A DNA stretch of 64,000 nucleotides from the human T2T-CHM13v2.0 reference genome, Homo sapiens: assembly GCF_009914755.1 (NCBI RefSeq), contig NC_060926.1. The stretch is one strand, 5' to 3'. The notes below the pieces were generated by a model. It had not been told where the DNA came from. It was given only the letters and a program-made list of their open reading frames with translations, and did no database searches. Both the position numbers and the translations under genes were made by a program. This document shows, in pieces, positions 59,316 through 64,000 of this stretch; position 1 is the stretch's first letter; each line of letters begins with the position of its first letter.

Positions 59316-62300
59316 TATTTATTTTTTATTTTTTATTAAGGATATATATGTATACATACATATAATTTACTATCTTTACCATTTCTACGGGTACAGTTTA
59401 GTGGTAATAAATACATTCATATTCTTTTATTTCCTTTTATCCTTGTCTACTCCCTTCCCTTCCCAGCCTCTGGTAACCATCAGTCTACTCTCTATCTTCA
59501 TGAGTTCTACTTTTTTAGCTCCCACATATAAATGAGATCATGCGATATTTGTTTTTCTTTGTTTGGCTTATTTCACTTAACATAATGACCTCCCATTTCC
59601 ATCCATGTTACTGCAGATGACAGGATTTCATTCTTTTTTATGGTTGAATAATATTCCATTGGGTATATGTAGCACATTTTCTTGATTCACTCATTCATTG
59701 ATGGACACTGCTTGAATCTGTATTTTGGATATTGTGAATAGTGCTTCAATAAAGATGGGAGTGCAGCTATCTCTTTGATACATTGATTTCCTATCTTTCA
59801 GATAAGACCCCAGTACTGGAATTGCTGGATTATATGATAGCTCTAATTTTAGTTTTTTAAGGAACTTCCAAACTGTTCTCCACAGTGTCTGTACCAATTT
59901 ACATTCCCACCAACAATGTATGAGGGTTCCCCTTTCCCCTTTCTCCATATCCTTGCTAGCATGTGTTATTGTTATTGCCACTTTTTGATACAAGCCATTT
60001 TAACTGGGATGACTTAACGTCACATTGTGGTTTTGATTTGATTTGCATTTCTCTGATGATAGGTGATGTTAAGCATTTTTTATATACCTGTTGGCCATTT
60101 GTATATCTTCTTTTGAGAAATGTCTATTCAGATCTTTTTCCCTTCTTTAATTGGATTATTAGATTTTTTTCCTACAGAGTTGTTTGAGTTCCTTATATAT
60201 TCTTGTTATTAATCCCTTGGCAGATGGATAGTTGCAAATATTTTCTCTCATTTTGTGGATTGTTTCTTCACTTTGTTGATTGCTCCCTTTGCTTTTTAGA
60301 AGTATTTTAGCTTTATTTACTAAATAAATCCCAATTGTCTCTTTTACTTCAGTTGCCTGTACTTTTGAGGTGTTATGCCAAAAAAATCTTTGCCCAGACC
60401 AACGTCCTAGAACATTTCTCCATTATTTTCTTCTAGTAGTTTCATAGTTTCAGATCTTATATTTAAGTCTTCAATACATTTTGATTTAAATTTTGTGTAT
60501 GCTGAAAGATAGAGGTGTAGATTTTTTCTTTTTCATGTAATTTTCGTAACACAATTTATTGAAAAGGATTTTCTTTTCCCATTGTATGTTCTTGGTACTC
60601 CTTTCAAAGATGAGTTAATTGTAAATGAATGCATTTATATCTGGATACTGTATTCTGTTCCATTGGTCTAGGAGTCTATTTTTATGCCAATTCTATGATG
60701 TTACTGTATCTTTGTGGCAAAGTTTGAAGTCAAGTAGTGTAAGGCTTCTAGCTTTGCTGTTTTTGCTCAGGACTGCTTTGCCTGTTCAGGAACTTTTGTT
60801 ATTCCATATAAATTTTAGGATTTTTTTTCTATTTCTGTGAAGAATGTCATTTTTTTATACAGATTGCATTGAATCTGTGTATTTCCTTGGGTAGTATTAT
60901 CATTTTACACTATTATTTCTTCCAATCCAAGAGCATTGAGTAGCTTTCCATTTTTGTGTCTTTTTCTATTTCTTTCATCAGAGTTTTACAGTTGTTCTTA
61001 TATAGATCTTTCACTTATTTGGCTAGACTGATTCCTAGGTATTTTATATTTTTATAGCTGTCATAAATGAGGTTGCATTCTTTATGTTTTTCAGATTATT
61101 CACAGTTGGCATATAAATGCACTGATTTCTGTACATTGATTTTGTATCCTGCAACTTTACTGAATTATGAACAACTATATGCCAACAAAACAAGGCTAAT
61201 GTGACTCCTTTTAATAAAAGATGCCCTTTATTTCTTTCTCTTGTCTAATTGCTCTGGCAAGGACTTCCACTATTATGTTGAATAATAGCAGTGAAAGTGG
61301 ACATCCTTGTCTTGTTCCAGTCTTTAGAGGAAAGGTCTTCACATTTTCCCCATGAGTATGATGTTAGCTGTGGGTTTGTCATATGTGGCCTTTTCTAAAA
61401 CTATGTCCCTCCTCTACCCATGTTGATGAGGGTTTTTATCATAAAGGGGTGCCGAATTTTATCAAATGCTTTTGCAGGTTCTATTGAAATAATCATATGG
61501 TTTTTGTTCTGGATTCTGTAATATGAAGTATTATATTTACTGATTTGCATATGTTGAACTAACCTTGTATCTCTGGAACAAATCCTATTTGATCACGGTA
61601 AATGATCTTTTTAATATGTTGTTGCATTAAGTTTGCTAGCATTTGGTTGAGGATTTTTGCATCTATGTTCATCAGGGATATTGGCCTCTATTTTTCTTTT
61701 TTTATTGTATCTTTATCTGGTTTCAGTATCAGGATAACTCCAGCCTCAGAAATGAGTTTGCAAGTATTTCCTTCTTTTCCATTTTTTTGAAAAGTTTGAA
61801 TAGAACTGGTATTAGTTCTTCTTTAAATGTTTGGTAAAATTAAGCAGTGAAGCCATCTGGTCCTGGGCTTTTCTTTGATGAGAGATTTTTTACTATGGCT
61901 TAGATCTCATTACTTGTAATTTGTTTATTGAGGTTTTCTATTTCATCATTCTTCAATCATGGTAAGTTGTATATGTCCAGGAATTTATCCATTTCCTCTA
62001 AGTTTTCCAACTTGTTGGTTTGTAGTGGCTCATAATAGTCTCTAATGACACTTTGTACTTCTGAGGTCTCATTTGTTACCAGGTAGGAGATCAGCAGGGT
62101 TTGTCTTCTGAGCACTGGTCATGACCCTGCTGAACAAAACAGGTTGTAGCAAAGAAGCCAGACAAAAACAGGTAGGACTAGGTATTACAATGTATTTTCA
62201 TAAGACATTCCCACCAGCAACAGTTTATAAATGTCATGGCAACAACCTGGAAGTCAATTTATATGGTTCTAGGAACTCCCTGCCCTTTGTCCAGAAAGTT

Positions 62301-64000
62301 TGTAAATAACCCACCCCTTAATTAGTATATAATTAGTAGTAGGTGTAAATATAACTAGCCTTCAATCTGAGTGCTACTCTGCCTATGGGATATCCCTAAT
62401 CTGTTTATGAAGCAGCCATTTTTCTATACACTGTTGCTCAGATAAACTTACTTTGTTTCACCCTCAGCTCACTCTTGAATTCATTCCTGAGTAAAACCAA
62501 GAACCCTCCCAAGCTGAGCCCCAGTCTTGGGGTTTGACTGCATCAGTTATATTTTCTTTATTATTTCTGATTTTATTCATTTAAGTCTTCTCTCTTCTCT
62601 TCTTAGTCTAGCTAAGGGTTTGTTAATTTTATCTTTTAAAAATACAAATTTTTATTGCATTGATCTATAACTTTTGTCTCAATTGCATTTATATTTGCTC
62701 TGATCTTTATTATCTATTTCCTTCTACTAATTTGGGGTTTGGCTTATTCTTCCTTTTCTAGTTCACTGAGATGCATCATTAGGTTGTTTATTTGAAGTCT
62801 TTCTACTTTTTTGATGTAAGCATTTATTGCCATAAACTTCCCTGTTAGTACTGCTTTTTCTGTATCCCATAGATTTTGATATGTTGCATTTTCATTTTTA
62901 TTTATTTCAAGAAATTTTTAAATTTTCTTCTCAATTTCTTTATTAATCCATTGCTCATTCAGGATCCGGTTGTTTGATATCCATTTGTTTGTGTATTTTC
63001 AGAGGTTCCCCCTTGTTTTTTGATTTCTAGTTTTATTTCACTGTGGTCAGGAAGGTCACCAGATATGATTTCTGTTTTTAAATTTGTTTAGACTTGTCTT
63101 GTGGTCTAAGATACGGTCTATTCTGGAGAATGTTCCATGTGCTGATTAAAAGAATGTGTATTCTACAGCAGTTGGATGAAATGTTCTGTAAATATTAGTT
63201 AGGTTTACTAGGTTTAGTATGTAGTTTAATGTTTCTTTGTTGATTTTCTGTCTGGATGATCTGTCCATTAGTAACAGTGGGGTGTTAAAGTCCCCTATCA
63301 TTATTGTATTCCAGTCTATTTCTCCTTTTAGACCTATTAATGTTTACTTTATATACTAGGAACTCCTTTGTTGGGTGCATAGATATTTACAATTGTTATA
63401 TCCTCTTGCTGTATTGACCGCTTTATAACTGGATAGTGACTTTTTTGTCTTTTTTTATAGTCTCTGATTTGTAGTCTATTTCATCTACATATAGCTATTT
63501 CTTCTCTTTTTTTTTCAAGTTGCATAAAATATTTTTTCCACCCTTTTACTTTCAGCCTATGTGTGTCTTTATAGGTGACTAGGGTTCTTGAAGACAGTAT
63601 ATAATTGGGTCTTGCTTTTTTGTCCATTCAGTCACTCTGTGCCTTTGAATTAGAGAACTGAGGCCATTTATATTAAGTGTTACTATTGATAAGTAAGGTC
63701 TTACTACTGCCATTTTGTTGCTTGTTTTCTGGTTGTTTTGGGACATCTCTCTTCCCCCCTTCTTTTCCTACTATCTTCCTTTGTGGTTAAGTGGGAATAT
63801 CTTTTAGTTTGTTCCTTTTTATTTTTGTGAATCTATTATAGGTTGTTGCATTGCAGTTACCATGAGGCTATTTTAAAAAATCTTACAGCAAGTTATTTTA
63901 AAGAGATGACAACTTATCTTAGATCACAAACAAAAGAATAGAAACACAGGCAAAGACAAATACACAAAAAAATTCTACGCTTTAACTCCATCCCCGCCCA
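59316..64000 (-). mobile_element. L1MA-type element (3' end through ORF2), running off the window
   Basis: T-rich tail, L1MA 3'UTR, ORF2 C-terminal peptide [13 protein letters not shown] (59691-59993), and collinear ORF2 sequence to about 63700. Confidence 0.8.
62079..62545 (+). mobile_element. MER41-family solo LTR
   Basis: CATAAGACATTCCCACCAGC..CAGTTTATAAATGTCATGGCAAC..CTGGAAGT and ...CTTGAATTC...CCAAGAACCCTCCC...CATCA. 4-bp TSD GTTA (62075-62078, 62546-62549), typical of ERV1. Confidence 0.78.

Overview
Human genomic DNA from the SRD5A2 locus (steroid 5-alpha-reductase type 2, chr2p23). The only host-gene content I can support is SRD5A2 coding exon 1 on the minus strand (ATG at 5684, 281 coding nt, GT donor at 5403-5402). 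It sits in a CpG island with a TATA-like CATAAA and GC boxes. Bases 1-5403 are intron 1 and contain a human-specific pre-Ta L1HS insertion. Almost everything from about 7.8 kb to 64 kb is transposable-element DNA: two four-level nested stacks (MER21-like LTR > L1MA > L1PB > L1PA, and old L1M > L1MA > MaLR > THE1), an Hsmar1 mariner remnant, a HERV-W processed retrocopy and a MER41-family solo LTR. Nearly all long ORFs in the track are decayed L1, ERV or mariner fragments. I found no previously undescribed biological system. The observations most worth checking are structural: a probable 1.2-kb orphan 3' transduction, an AT-rich foldback palindrome, a twin-primed L1 with a 3' transduction tag, an unexplained 367-bp insert in an L1PB 5'UTR, and the possibly polymorphic L1HS. 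Repeat subfamily names come from remembered consensus sequences and need RepeatMasker/Dfam confirmation.
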